This document shows positions 32,000-46,564 of a DNA stretch of 64,000 bases, in pieces. The stretch lies in contig OZ024751.1 in assembly GCA_964016885.1 (NCBI GenBank), positions 24,118,001 through 24,182,000 of the forward strand, read 5' to 3'. The notes beneath the pieces are model-generated. The model was not told where the DNA came from and did not search any database. It worked only from the letters and a program-made list of their open reading frames with translations. This DNA comes from Eledone cirrhosa. Its lineage: Eukaryota. The position numbers were made by a program, and so were the translations under genes. Within the stretch, counting starts at the first letter, position 1. Each line of letters begins with the position of its first letter.

Positions 32000-32151
32000 T
32001 TTTATCCAACCATCATGCTAGGTGTCTACCCCTGAGCCTCTTGCCGGTTGGTTTTGCTCGTAAAATCTCTCCAACGATTCTTTCCTGAGACAATCTAACC
32101 ACATGCCCGTATTATCGGAGCTGTGATCTCTCAAGTCGAAAACATAACGAC
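32000..32151 (-). mobile_element. RTE (Rex3-like) LINE 3' relic
   Basis: Minus-strand translation RLERSQLR*YGHVVRLSQERIVGEILRAKPTGKRLRGR. Confidence 0.75.
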
Positions 32152-32980
32152 TGTATCAAGTATCAGAGGAACCTGATTTCGGTAGTTTGAATTTGCGATT
32201 GTATTCTTCCGGTCCTTATCTAATCCAAGATTCATGTACATAGGTAAAGATTGACTCGAAACCCGAATTGAAGATACTAAGTTTCTCTTTTTTATCATAT
32301 AAATGATTCTGTCAATGACCAGCTTGCAAAATGTGCGACTAAGCTTTAATACCTTCATATATATGATTATTAAATAAATGAGAAATTCAATCCAACAGAT
32401 TTTGCCCTTTTTATTAAGTATAAATCGGAAATTTTAAATTCTATAAAGGCATAATATACAGAAGATGATATTATACACTATTAAACGTCTTCCTCATTCA
32501 AGACAATAATGTGTTCCATAAATGAGATATAACTGTCATTTTTAGCATGCTCGCCAGTCACGTAGCACCTGTATCGCTGCTGGAATATTTTGTGTGGAAA
32601 TGAATAGTAGATTCAGATAAATGTTGATGTCGTGTAGACACGCAAGGAATCTACTCATTGACCCTTTAAATAGTGAATTGATTTAATATAAATAGATGAG
32701 ATTAGTCTAATGAACTGGGTAGGATATAAACAACATGAAGACTGGCAGGTAATACAGAGCTGCTATACAATATTACAATATACGAAAGAAGGAAAGAAAT
32801 AATATTGGTTTCGTTTCAATAGTAACAGATGTTAGCAAAATTTCGGGGAGAAAATATAATTGGTTGCTAATGTATTCATACTTTCAATTTGAGCATAGTT
32901 CTTGTATTCAAATACATCATGGATACATGTATGCATCTATATATGTATATATATATGTATGTATGTATGTATTATGTATT

Positions 32981-33595
32981 ATGCTACTGGTAACATGTAT
33001 CCCAGTACAACCTGTCTCATGGTCGGATCGTTGGCGACTAAACTGGCAACCCCACCAAGGTTTCTTGGTGAGGAGGGTGACTTTGGACATCCTGCAGGAC
33101 TAAAAACAAAACCTGTCAAAGGGCAAAGGAGCTCTTAAGAGTCAATGGCCATCCAAAATCACCGGGAGAGATGACCCCTTAGCCTTTGTCAAGGCAGAAT
33201 TCTAGGAGAAGGAAAACTCTGATATAACACCTGCAACCCTGATGGTATCCAATGATGTTGACTTGTTCTTCTTTTTGGTAAACATCATCTTGGTTAAGAG
33301 AGTGGGACTGGCTTTGTGCAGTGCCTTTTCTCACTATAAAAGCTTCACGGCACAGGCATTGCTTTATATCTGGATATCTCTCTGCACTTGTCGTCACATG
33401 GTACCATGGGCCCAGCACTATGTGTCAATAATTGTCACAAGTGTAGTGTCTGTACCAGAGTTTTCAAGTCGCTGGCTGGACTAAAAGGTCACACTCATTC
33501 TGCACTTCGGTAGGGGTTCTCCTACATGGATATAAAGTAGTGGCCGTACTCGAAAACGAGTTGGTAGCCACCATGTATTATGTATGTATGTATGT
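32981..33595 (+). mobile_element. ~600-bp non-autonomous LINE derivative (probably RTE-related) with (TATG)n tail
   Basis: Highly similar inverted copy at 37680-38289; contains ctaggagaaggaaaactctga; flanked by (TATG)n. Confidence 0.7.
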
Positions 33596-33599
33596 TTAT

Positions 33600-33925
33600 T
33601 GTTTTCACCTGGTAGTGAAAGCCCCAGTTGTTGTCACAATACCTTTCTAGGAGAGGGTACCTCTGAAAAAATAAAACCTGTGGCTTCGGAAGCATCTGAA
33701 GATGTTGACCAGTTCTCCTTTTTGGGTAGTATTTTCGATGCTCAGAGAGTTGGATTGGTTGAGAGTTGGATTGGTTTTAAAAAAAACCCTCAAAGCACAC
33801 TCATTGCTTGTTCAGGATATGTTACGGGTTTGTGTGGCTAACCGTAGCCTAAAAATGCACCAAACTCTATAATTTGACAAGCGATTGCATTACTCTTGGA
33901 GGAGTTTGCAGCCATAATGTACGCA
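33600..33925 (+). mobile_element. Degraded RTE RT fragment
   Basis: EDVDQFSFLGSI resembles VxxFxYLGS; 3' end gagtttgcagccataatgta resembles the neighbouring element. Confidence 0.5.
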
Positions 33926-34513
33926 TGTATATATGTGTATGTGTATGAATGTGTACACATGTAAATGTTTCTGTATCTATACACAACTATATACTGTTAT
34001 TATATGCTGAATTTCTCAAATGTTTTACATACATATATATACTACATATAGTTCTAATTTTACAATATATTCGCAAGAAAAATGTGTAGCCTATTGAATC
34101 GATCTCAATATACCTCCACATAAATTATTCTTCAAATAGCGAATTACCAACCACATAACTACACGCCTACACCTACACCGTGTATAAAACACTGGAATAT
34201 TCTCATAAAAGTATATCAACCCCTCGTTTCTATGTTTGAAGCCCTGTTATGTTCAGTAGCCTCAGCAAAATAATTAATACATATCCTATTTTTTTCATTA
34301 GTTATATTCATCGTTTCATCCAATCTCTCACACATAAAATGACATTATTCCCGTAAATACATGAATTTATACATACTTTCAATGGAAAATACAAGATTCT
34401 CATTTTACATTCAAATGATCCTTGGCCGTAATACATATCTTTGTGAATAATATAAGCAGTAAAGCTGATATAGTTGGTTATGTTCGGTTAGATATATCTA
34501 TGTATATATATAA

Positions 34514-34637
<124 letters not shown>

Positions 34638-34689
34638 GAAAGGTATAGAAAAAATAGAAAATATTGTAGCAAAAAGCCAACAGTATTCC

Positions 34690-34764
<75 letters not shown>

Positions 34765-34797
34765 GATATTAAATAAATGGAAACTATTTATAAAACC

Positions 34798-34874
34798 ATA
34801 TTTATTTCATTATATATATTTCAGGGATATCATATTAACAATATGTTATGCCTTCCTCAGACAAAATACAATAT
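34798..34874 (-). ncRNA. Hammerhead ribozyme family 1
   Basis: Reverse complement reads atattgtattttgt-CTGAGGA-stem II-GAAA-TATATATA-atgaaataaatat. Confidence 0.8.
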
Positions 34875-35212
34875 AGACAGTTTTATAGATAAATAGATTT
34901 GACATACCGTTCAACATCGACTTGTATTTGAAAAAGTTGATTTGGCAGTGAAAAAATTGTAAACAGAAAGAAAGAAGGAAAGAAAGAAAGAAAACGAAGA
35001 AAAAGAAGAAAAAGAAGAAATGCATGCAACAAAATAGAGAGATGGAAAGATAGATAAAGAGAAGAACTTCATGTAAAGAAACAGAGAGAGATATATATAG
35101 AGAGAGGAAATAGATACTAAATATCGTAAATATACTCCAAATACTTGTTGAGTGCTTTTATATCAGTTATAAATATTTACTAGTTGTAACCCAACAATTT
35201 AAATATAACTTT

Positions 35213-35250
<38 letters not shown>

Positions 35251-35365
35251 ACAGGGAGAAAGAGACGATTATGAGGAAGAAAAATATTTTTTTTCTTTTT
35301 TTTGTGTGTCTCGCTCTCTCTCTTTTTGGGTTAAAAAATGATTATATATATATATATATATATAT

Positions 35366-35910
35366 GTAGATAAATCTACCAAGAGTTTACGGTAGTGTCC
35401 AATCCGTATGAAGAACTCAATGTATTCCGGATATCATGGAAAGAAGAGATGTAATGAAAAATCACTTTCGGTGAAAGATAAACGGTATACAGAGTCAAGA
35501 TAAAATATTAAACAAATAATGAATAAACAATGAAACAGTTCCTTATATTAAACAAAAAAAGTTCATTATTTAACGATCGTTTCTAGGATATATATGTGTT
35601 AGAATTGGCATGCATATTCAACAGATCTATGTACAAAATTATACAAAATTATACAAACTATCAAGATTAAATATACATACCAACACATATATACGCCGTC
35701 TTCAGAATTATTTCTGAAGACGGCGTATATATGTGTTGGTATGTATATTTAATCTTGATAGTTTGTATAATTTTGTATAATTTTGTACATAGATCTGTTG
35801 AATATGCATGCCAATTCTAACACATATATATCCTAGAAACGATCGTTAAATAATGAACTTTTTTTGTTTAATATAAGGAACTGTTTCATTGTTTATTCAT
35901 TATTTGTTTA

Positions 35911-35919
<9 letters not shown>
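35366..35919. mobile_element. Apparently perfect 208-bp-arm palindrome with a ~135-bp left tail, in (TA)n
   Basis: 35500-35707 is the reverse complement of 35712-35919. Confidence 0.9.
35707..35854 (+). ncRNA. Hammerhead ribozyme with ~115-nt stem II
   Basis: ATTATTT-CTGAAGA-long hairpin-GAAAC GATC GTT-AAATAAT. Confidence 0.72.
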
Positions 35920-35997
<78 letters not shown>

Positions 35998-36246
35998 GTG
36001 TGCGTGTGTGTGTATGTGTGTGTGTGCATATATATATATATGTGTATGCAAATATATATATATGCATATTTATATATATATATATATATATATATGCTTA
36101 GTATATATATATATAATGTATATATATATACGTATATATATATATATTGCATGCATATATATACATATATATATAATGTATATATGTATATATATATATA
36201 TATATGCATATATATATATATATATACATATATATATACAATGCAT

Positions 36247-36297
<51 letters not shown>

Positions 36298-36351
36298 TAT
36301 ATACATATATACATTTGTATATATGTATATATATATACATGCATATATATA

Positions 36352-36399
<48 letters not shown>

Positions 36400-37073
36400 A
36401 TTATGTGCATACATATATTTATCAGAATGCTGTTATGTTACTATATATGTATATTCAGGAAAATGCACATAAATTAAAAAAATACTCACTACATCATTCT
36501 CTCATAATGTGTATACTTTTGCTAAAGTACAAAACACATGCTAAACGCTAAATGTTCACAGAACATAATATATCATAAAGAACAACAAATAGGTTTTCTA
36601 TTAAAAGTATATTACATTTATTGCCTGCGCTGTACATCATTGTTCTGAAATCAGTAATGGTTCCAACATGAAACTACGTATTTGCATTCATATCAGCTAA
36701 GAGTACATACATCCAAACATAGAGACATAGAAAATACTAACATAAATATTCAAGCTGACACATATATAGATACATATATACATTCATATATAGACACGTA
36801 AATACATACAAACATATATACATACAAACATTCTTACATATAAGCCTACCAACCTACCTACCTACCTACCTACATACATACATACATAAATACATTCTTA
36901 CCTTCCAATCGATCTACATACATACATATATACATACATTCTTATATGCCAACCTACATAGATACATACAGTCTTACATACCAACCTGCATACATATATA
37001 TATACATACATACATTCTTACATACCAACCAACCTACCTACTTACCTACCTACCTACCTACCTACATATATAC

Positions 37074-38289
37074 ATGGTGGCTGCCAACTCGTTTTAGAGT
37101 ACGTCCACTACTTTATATCCATGTAGAAGAACCCCTACCGATGCGCTGAACGAGTGTGACTTTTTAGTCCAGCCAGCGACTTGAAAACTCTGGTACAAAC
37201 TCTACACTTGTGACAATTATTGACACATAGTGTTGGGCCCATGGTACCATGTGATGACAAGTGCAGAGTGATCTCCAGATATAAAGCAATGCCTGTGCCG
37301 TTAAGCTTTTATACATACATACATACATACATACATACATACATACATACATACATACATACATACATGGTGGCTGCCAACTCGTTTTCGAGTACGTCCA
37401 CTACTTTATATCCCTGTAGGAGAACCCCTACCGATGCGCTGAACGAGTGTGACTTTTTAGTCCAGCCAGCGACTTGAAAACTCTGGTACAAACACTACAC
37501 TTGTGACAATTATTGACACATAGTGTTGGGCCCATGGTACCATGTGATGACAAGTGCAGAGTGATCTCCAGATATAAAGCAATGCCTGTGCCGTTAAGCT
37601 TTTATACATACATACATACATACATACATACATACATACATACATACATACATACATACATACATACATACATACATACATGGTGGCTGCCAACTCGTTT
37701 TCGAGTACGTCCACTACTTTATATCCCTGTAGGAGAAACCCTACCGATGCGCTGAACGAGTGTGACTTTTTAGTCCAGCCAGCGACATGAAAACTCTGGT
37801 ACAAAGACTACACTTGTGACAATTATTGACACATAGTGCTGGGCCCATGGTACCATGTGACGACAAGTGCAGAGAGATCTCCAGATATAAAGCAATGCCT
37901 GTGCTGTGAAGCTTTTATAGTAAGCAAAGGCACTGCACAAAGCCAGTCCCACTCTCTTAACCAAGATGATATTTACCAAAAAGAAGAACAATTCAACATC
38001 ATTGGATACCACAAGGGTTGCAGGTGTTATATCAGAGTTTTCCTTCTCCTAGAATTCTGCCTTGACAAAGGCTAAGGGGTCATCTCTCCCGGTGATTTTG
38101 GATGGCTATTGACTCTTAAGAGCCCCTTTGCCTTTTGACAGGTTTTGTTTTTAGTCCTGCAGGATGTCCAAAGCCACCCTCCTCACCAAGAAACCTTGGT
38201 GGGGTTGCCAGTTTAGTCGCCAACGACCCGACCATGAGACAGGTTGTACTGGGATACATGTTACCAATAGCACCAACTGGTGACCTGAC
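37074..38289 (-). mobile_element. Non-autonomous LINE derivative: one full copy plus two tandem ~238-bp 3' ends separated by (CATA)n
   Basis: Units at about 37074-37311, 37367-37604 and 37680-38289. Confidence 0.85.
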
Positions 38290-38771
38290 ACATACATACA
38301 TACATACATACATACATACATACATGCAAGCCTACCCACTTACATGAATACATATATTATTCATATATATTTACATATATAATACATGCATTTATGTAAG
38401 TGTGTATGCACATTTTTCAGTACGTATATATGACTTTCTATCTGTGTGTCTTTCTGTATATATATATATATATATATATGTGTGTGAATGTACTTCTGAG
38501 TTTATTGTTTACCGGCCACCTTCTTGGTGACAAGGTTGCAAAGAAAATGATATATTCTTCGTTCTTTGTACATTACTTCATCATGTGAATCCTGAGAACA
38601 TCTTATAGCTTTTGTGGTAATTTGTGGATTCGTACTTCCTCAACAAATTCGATTTCAATCACACTTCGATCTAGACCTGTAGCTCCAATGATAATATATA
38701 TGAAACTGAACGTATATTTTAGTTATTGGATCTACAAACACGTCATTCATTGTTCGTAAGATCTCCTCCAC

Positions 38772-38822
<51 letters not shown>

Positions 38823-39011
38823 AATATATATATATATGTATATATATATATAATATATTATATATATATAATATATATATACATATGTATATATATATAT
38901 ACTTATATTTATATGTACATATGTATATATATAAAAATGTGTATTTATATATATATGTATATAGATACGTATATATATATATATATACATATATACATAT
39001 ATATATACATA

Positions 39012-39434
<423 letters not shown>

Positions 39435-40333
39435 TTAGGGAGGGGGGGGGGGGTTGGAAAGGATGAAAAAAAGGGGAGGAGATGAGAGTGAAGGTGGAAA
39501 GGGAGAGATGGGTGATAGAGAGAAAGAGATAGTTTTTATAACTGAGAAAAAGATATAATGTTTTAATATAGAGAGGTTGGGAACCGTTGGAAGATAATGT
39601 ATAAATTAAAGGAATTTGAAAATTAACGAAGGGAAATTATGTATGAAGATAGAGAGAAAAAAATAATAATTGTGGGTGAATATTCTAACGTCAAAAGAAG
39701 AAATGTAGGAATTTTAAAATTAGCAAAGAGAAAAAGTTTATGTGTAGAAGGATTTGAGAAAAATAATGTGAAGTTAAAGTTTGTATATTGAATTCATATG
39801 TATTAATAATGAGTTCGTTGATGGGGAGAAAAAAATAATAATAAATTAAGGATGAAATTGAGATTAAAAAGATTTATGATAGAGAGAAAAAATAATAATG
39901 ATTGCGGATGAATACTCAAAATGTCAAAAACAAATGTTATTGTTTTACGAGGAGATAGAATGAGGGTAATGAGTAAACGAGTATTATAGAGTGTATAATG
40001 CCCTTTAAAGTAAGGTAGATGGGTATATTTTAAAGAATATATGAGTATATATTAAAAAAAAAAAAAAAAAAAATATATAATAATAAATTAAGGATGAAAT
40101 TGAGATTAAAAAGATTTATGATAGAGAGAAAAAATAATAATGATTGCGGATGAATATTCAAAATGTCAAAAACAAATGTTATTGTTTTACGAGAAGATAG
40201 AATGAGGGTAATGAGTAAACGAGTATTATAGAGTGTATAATGCCCTTTAAAGTAAGGTAGATGGGTATATTTTAAAGAGGTGTATGTATATGTGCCTTTG
40301 AGAAAAGATTCTAAATTGATAAAGAATTGAATA

Positions 40334-40696
40334 TTAACTGTATACTTTGTGAAAAGTTCTATGGAATTTATGCAGGCAGATAGAAAACAAATCCGAGCGT
40401 CTATTTATTATGGATTCTAGGTTAGAGATAATGGTAAATTTTTCATTTAGGCAGAGATTACAGATTTTAGATAGAGAGCTGTTCAAGTACGAGGATGCAG
40501 AAGAAATCTTTTTCCAAAAGATGTTATATTTAATGTTTTTGTCTTTTAAGGACCATATGAGTTCTGAGAGAGCAGGGTTAGTTCTTTTAAGTTTGTATTT
40601 GAAAGATGAATGATGATTATAGAGACGAGCTTTAAAAGAGGTGGAAGTGGAGCCAAAATAGGTGAAGGAATTGGTGCTAGTTATAATTTTACATTC
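40334..40696 (-). pseudogene. PLE GIY-YIG endonuclease C-terminal relic (one frameshift)
   Basis: ECKIITSTNSFTYFGSTSTSFKARLYNHHSSFKY...ALSELIWSLKDKNIKYNIFWK/SASSY...KICNLCLNEKFTII...IINRRSDLFSICLH. Confidence 0.8.
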
Positions 40697-40989
40697 CTAT
40701 CCTCCCTTCGTTAATTTTCAAAATTTTTAATTTATACAGTATCTTCCAACGGTTTTCAACCCCTCTATCTAAAATATATCTCCTCTCAGTTATAAAAACT
40801 ATCTCTTTCTCTCTATCACCCATCTCTCCCTCTCATCTCCTTCCCTTTTCATCCTTTTCTCTCCCCCCCCTCTCTAAATAAAATATTTTTCCCAATATCA
40901 CACATCAATCTAAAACCACTTTTCATATGTTGATTTAAAACTGCACTATCAACAAGTGTTTTTTTTTTAGCCTTCATATCATGTTCTCC

Positions 40990-41060
40990 TGTTTTATCTG
41001 ATGAAAACACAAATATTATTGTTTGATGATGTTTGTTTTTGAAATGCGCATAATAAAATA
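40990..41060 (+). ncRNA. Hammerhead ribozyme family 2
   Basis: tgttttat-CTGATGA-stem II-GAAA-TGCGCATA-ataaaata. Confidence 0.8.
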
Positions 41061-41181
41061 TATTGAACTCCTTTAACCATCTTTTGATCTTATATTATGC
41101 ATACTCCAGTCCCACAAACTGTAGAGTGCTTCTTATCCGATATCTGCATTGCTTTATTGTACTACAATAAAACTCACCTCC

Positions 41182-41264
<83 letters not shown>

Positions 41265-41395
41265 ATATGCATGTGTCTGTATGTCTGTAAGCATGTAACT
41301 ATGTATGTGTGCATGCTTGTATCTATGTATGTTTGTATATTTGTATTTATCTATATATGTATATATATATACATATATATATGTATATATGATGG

Positions 41396-41430
<35 letters not shown>

Positions 41431-41704
41431 ACACGTATGTATATATGTATATATGATTATGTGTATATAAATACGGCATACCTTTTCTTTCAAATATGTC
41501 AAAGTTGGAGTATTTCTCATTATAGAATCAATACGGTTCAAAATAACACTTATATTCTGTTAAACAATTCCCGACCTACACAGAAATTGCGTCTCGATAA
41601 GAATTGTACCAATGTGGTGTAATACGCATATAAAATATACGTACATAGGTACATAAACACACACACAAACTTATGGATGTACACACACACACACACACAC
41701 ACAC

Positions 41705-41838
<134 letters not shown>

Positions 41839-41868
41839 CATATATATGTATAATATATGTATATATGA

Positions 41869-41933
<65 letters not shown>

Positions 41934-42183
41934 TATGTATATACATATATACATATATATATATGTATACATATATATATGTACATATGTATATACATAT
42001 ATATATATGTGTGTGTGTATGTATATATATATGTATGTATATATATATATATATATTGGCTTCTTGCTTACATTAATTTCTCTATTTTCATTTATATATA
42101 TATAAGTTGGAATTCCTTTTATTAATATAATCTTCTATACACAATCATACACACCCGTGTATATTTATCTATCTATCTATCTA

Positions 42184-42228
<45 letters not shown>

Positions 42229-42529
42229 GTATATATATATGTGCGTGTTTAGGTGTCTTTAAAATAATTACCGTTTATTCTGATGTAACGTAAAAAAATA
42301 TGAAGTATGTAAGTATTTGGTTATAACGAACTAAGCAAAGTATCAGCCAATGATAACGCTGGATTTAACAATCAGAGTAATTAATTGGTCTTTGGAGACT
42401 GAAATATCGGTTACTTAAAAGTCATTCACTTGAACGAACATAGAAATCAGTATAACCAAATCTAGTGCATTATATATATTTCTCATGTAATAATCTTCAT
42501 AGAAGCTGCATATTATTTCTATATTCTGC

Positions 42530-42862
42530 GGGCGTCTGATTGGCAGAATCGTTAGAGCATCGAAGAAAATGCTTTGCGGCATGGTTTTTGGTTACGAAAC
42601 TTTACGCTGTGTTCAAGTCTTGCCAAAATCGATAAAGTACTGGAATCGATATAATCAAGTTGCCCCTTTTCACAAATTGGTGACTTTGCAGCTTAATGAG
42701 AAATCATTATTTCTATATTCATCATTACGTCCCTTTACGATCTGAGTTCAAATTGCGCCGAGGTTGACTTTGCCTTTCATCCTTACGGGATCGATAAAAT
42801 AAAGTACCAGTAATGAACTGGGTAATTGCTGGCATTGTGCCTAAAAGTAGAAACAATTATTT
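42530..42862 (+). mobile_element. Two SINE family A copies
   Basis: Head and core motifs. Confidence 0.8.
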
Positions 42863-42917
42863 CTATATTCATCTGAATAATATAAATGCAATATATATAT
42901 ATATATATATATATATA

Positions 42918-42966
42918 TTTCGTTTCTGAATTTATTGGCAATATGACCCTCCCAAAGTATAACAAT
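42918..42966. mobile_element. ~50-bp remnant of PLE family 5 (both termini only)
   Basis: tttcgtttctgaattt joined to attggcaatatgaccctcccaaagtataacaat, in (TA)n. Confidence 0.7.
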
Positions 42967-43187
42967 ATATATATATATATATATATAAGAGAGAAAGACA
43001 GACAAAGGTGTGAACTTTTCTCTATATATATGTATGTAAACCATGTTACTTCTTCCCCATATTCTTATTAATAGGCAATTTAATTTCATTATACACTTCC
43101 ATCGTATGAAGAAGCCTACAAGCTGAAACCGGTACAAATAATACGGAGAATTCTATTTTGTAAATAAATGTTTGGTTGTTATACATG

Positions 43188-43330
<143 letters not shown>

Positions 43331-43592
43331 GTGGGAGTATGCGTGAGCGTATGTGTAGGCGTGTATCTACGTATGAATGCATATACGTATGTGTGCGTAA
43401 TAGATATGTATGCATATATATTACATATAATGTAATATATATGTAATGTAATATATATGTATGCATATATATTACATATATGCATACATATATTAATATA
43501 TATGTATGCATATATATTACTATCCTGATGTCTTCCAAAAGTAACGGTCGCATTTTGAAAGGGTACGTCAATGTTTATTTATAAAACTGGTA

Positions 43593-43669
43593 TATATTGT
43601 ATTTTGTCTGATGAAGGCATACCATAATTTAACTTGGTATCCTTGAAATATGTATAATGAAATAAATAT
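43593..43669 (+). ncRNA. Hammerhead ribozyme family 1
   Basis: CTGATGA 43608-43614; aggcatacca/tggtatcctt; GAAA TATGTATA; stem I as at 29515. Confidence 0.8.
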
Positions 43670-44108
43670 GGTTTTATAAATATAGTTTCCATTTGTTAAT
43701 ATCGTATGTATGCATATATGTATGTTAGTATCTATCTAAATATGTAGATATGGATGTATTTGAGTGGGTATAATAATGCGCTTTTAGTTATTCACAGCTT
43801 CTGCAAACTGTATACTAACACATATGAGCGAATTTAATGACATTCTTACAACAAATATGGTATATATTTTTACGATGTGTTAAAATACGTTTTATACGTT
43901 TAGATTGTTATACGTAATGAAATAACAAATGGTTTATGTTTTTGACTTATGAAGACTAAAATGAAAATATCACTAAAAATATTCATGAATTATAATTGAA
44001 CCAAAAGATTGCCTATAAAAGACGTCAGAAGTATCTAAATAAAAAGTATACAGAACTTCATATCTTATAGAGAGTAAAGTCACCATAATAATTGATTAGT
44101 GTCTGCAG

Positions 44109-44177
<69 letters not shown>

Positions 44178-44852
44178 TATATATGTATATATATATACAT
44201 ATATACATCACTGCAGACACTAATAAATAGATAGATAGTTAATTATATATGTATATTTCCCTATATATACATATACATATATACACACATATTTATGTAT
44301 AAAATATATATGTTATAAAATATATATGTATCCACACGCGCATGCACGCACACACACACACACAGACACACACACACCCACACACACACACACACACACA
44401 AATATATATATATGTGTGTGTGTGTATATAATAAAAACATCTTGATTTCGTTGTTCTGTAAAGGCTCAATGGAGGTAAGAATTAAAAAATACTCTTTCAG
44501 ATCTCGGTTATTCAAGAATATTTCAGAGACCAAAATAATTGTGTAATGTAATATAGGAATATAAAATCAGAATATAAAAAAGTATTACTTACATTACGTA
44601 TTATACCTAAATTAATCGTACACAGATTTTCAAAATACCAAAGAAAATTTCATGAGTAACTATGTTTAAAATAAACAAAAGAGAATTAGTAGATTCTACG
44701 ACAAAGATTCTCTTCAGTAGGGATTGTCTTTGAACTAATACCACGAAATATCACCGTAGTAAAATCAGCAATGAACCACGCAGGAATGAATGCTACCAAT
44801 ATGCGCATTTTTTTGCGTCATATGGACAGTGAGAAAGTTATATATATATATA

Positions 44853-45199
44853 TAGAATAAGGAAATACAAAGTCTAGATGATAAAGTATTTTATTGATAA
44901 CGCCGGGATAGATATTTCGAGGTCGACAATGGTTTATGCAATACAGCGTAGAAGCTAGTGCCATACTCTCTTCTGACTGGGTCTTACGTACATAATAAAG
45001 TTACAATCAAGGAGGTAATCCAATCTGTACTGCGTAACCAATAGTAGTCCTCGAAATATGTATCACGGCCATATCATTAAAGGACTTTATCATCTAAACT
45101 TTGTATTTCCTTATTCTAAAGATACTCGGTCACTCCTGTGAGGAAAATTCACGTTGAGTTCTTGAATTGAATTACATCAATATTTTTATAATATCTTTA

Positions 45200-45202
<3 letters not shown>
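44853..45202. mobile_element. Diverged asymmetric fold-back with right-hand tail
   Basis: About 44853-44955 inverted to 45025-45118; contains only GAAATATGTATC (possible HHR 3' half); tail hairpin at 45132-45162. Confidence 0.7.
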
Positions 45203-45258
<56 letters not shown>

Positions 45259-45267
45259 TATACATGT

Positions 45268-45328
<61 letters not shown>

Positions 45329-46078
45329 TATATGTGTGAAATAGTGATGTATAGAATACGTTCCATTATCTTAATTCCAGTTTTAATCACGAAGAAATAT
45401 AGTTTGGGGAGGCCTACACCCCCAGGGCCTTTTGTCTGCACGTTGGACTACAGACCTCATTCTTTTCTGTTTTACTATTTCTCTCCTTTCTATATTTTCT
45501 TCCATCACACTCTTGTTAGGGTTCTCTTTTTTATGGAAAACTTGACATTTATGAAACAAGTTTCAGCTGAAAATTATGTTCTTTATGAATAGAATTTCTT
45601 CGCAAAAGCTCATCTTTCATTGTGTTTTAGTTTCCTTTCAAATATCCAGTTTGTCATGCAGGACTGCATAGGAAATCTATATTGATTATTTCTGTGCAGC
45701 CCAAGGAACATTTGAAATGCAAAATGTCAGTCGTTGTTTGATGTCATGTTGTTATAATTTTAGAAAGTGTTCTTTTACTCTTTTTGACGGTGTCGTTGGA
45801 ACGTCAGATTATATGATTTTTATGGCATTCATCTTGGCTCTGTGCATTCAGTGTTCAAATCCAGATATGTATGCACTGTCCGCTTCATATTTCCGTGGTT
45901 TATAAATAAAGGTATCTTTCCAATACTGGGATTGATTCTTCTTCTATCTCCTATCCCAGCTTTTTCTCTCTTAACATGGAAAATGTCGACTTAGTTCAGA
46001 TATAGAGAAGGATAGCATTAGCCAAGTTTCACTACCGAAGACACGCTGTATATCTATATACATATTTCTCATACATAA

Positions 46079-46114
<36 letters not shown>

Positions 46115-46159
46115 ACACACACACACAACAAACACATACACACACACACACATACACAT

Positions 46160-46210
<51 letters not shown>

Positions 46211-46249
46211 ATACATATATATATGTATGTATTATATATATGTATATTT

Positions 46250-46392
46250 AACGAAGGGATTGTGGTAAGGAACCAGATGGACCATAACACACCAGAGTAC
46301 TCAATACTTAGGGTAGTAGAGTGGGTAATAGGAAAAAGTATGATCCCGACGGCAGAGCTCAAGCCGTTTCGACGGCTATTTCTGGACTCTCT
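46250..46392 (-). mobile_element. Family-4 module with tail
   Basis: Matches 13276-13340; tail hairpin at 46296-46322. Confidence 0.7.
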
Positions 46393-46489
46393 ATATATAT
46401 ACATACACATATATATATATATATATACACACACATATATATATATATATACACACACATATATATATTTATATACAGAGAGAGAGAGG

Positions 46490-46564
<75 letters not shown>

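Larger units (their letters stand above)
39430..41186 (-). mobile_element. 5'-truncated Penelope-like element (Naiad-like) with inverted pLTR
   Basis: GIY-YIG C-terminal relic on the minus strand; 3' region with ~242-bp-period duplication; inverted copy of the 3' region with HHR at about 40700-41186. Confidence 0.8.

Noticed and set aside
37074-38289. Repeat-spacer pattern as a CRISPR array (also 61807-62358)
   Set aside because: Units are more than 200 bp with microsatellite spacers, in eukaryotic context with no cas genes
43100-43140. HHR-like ATGAAGA-AGC/GCT-GAAACCGGTA
   Set aside because: C3 is mutated and stem I does not pair; at most a dead relic
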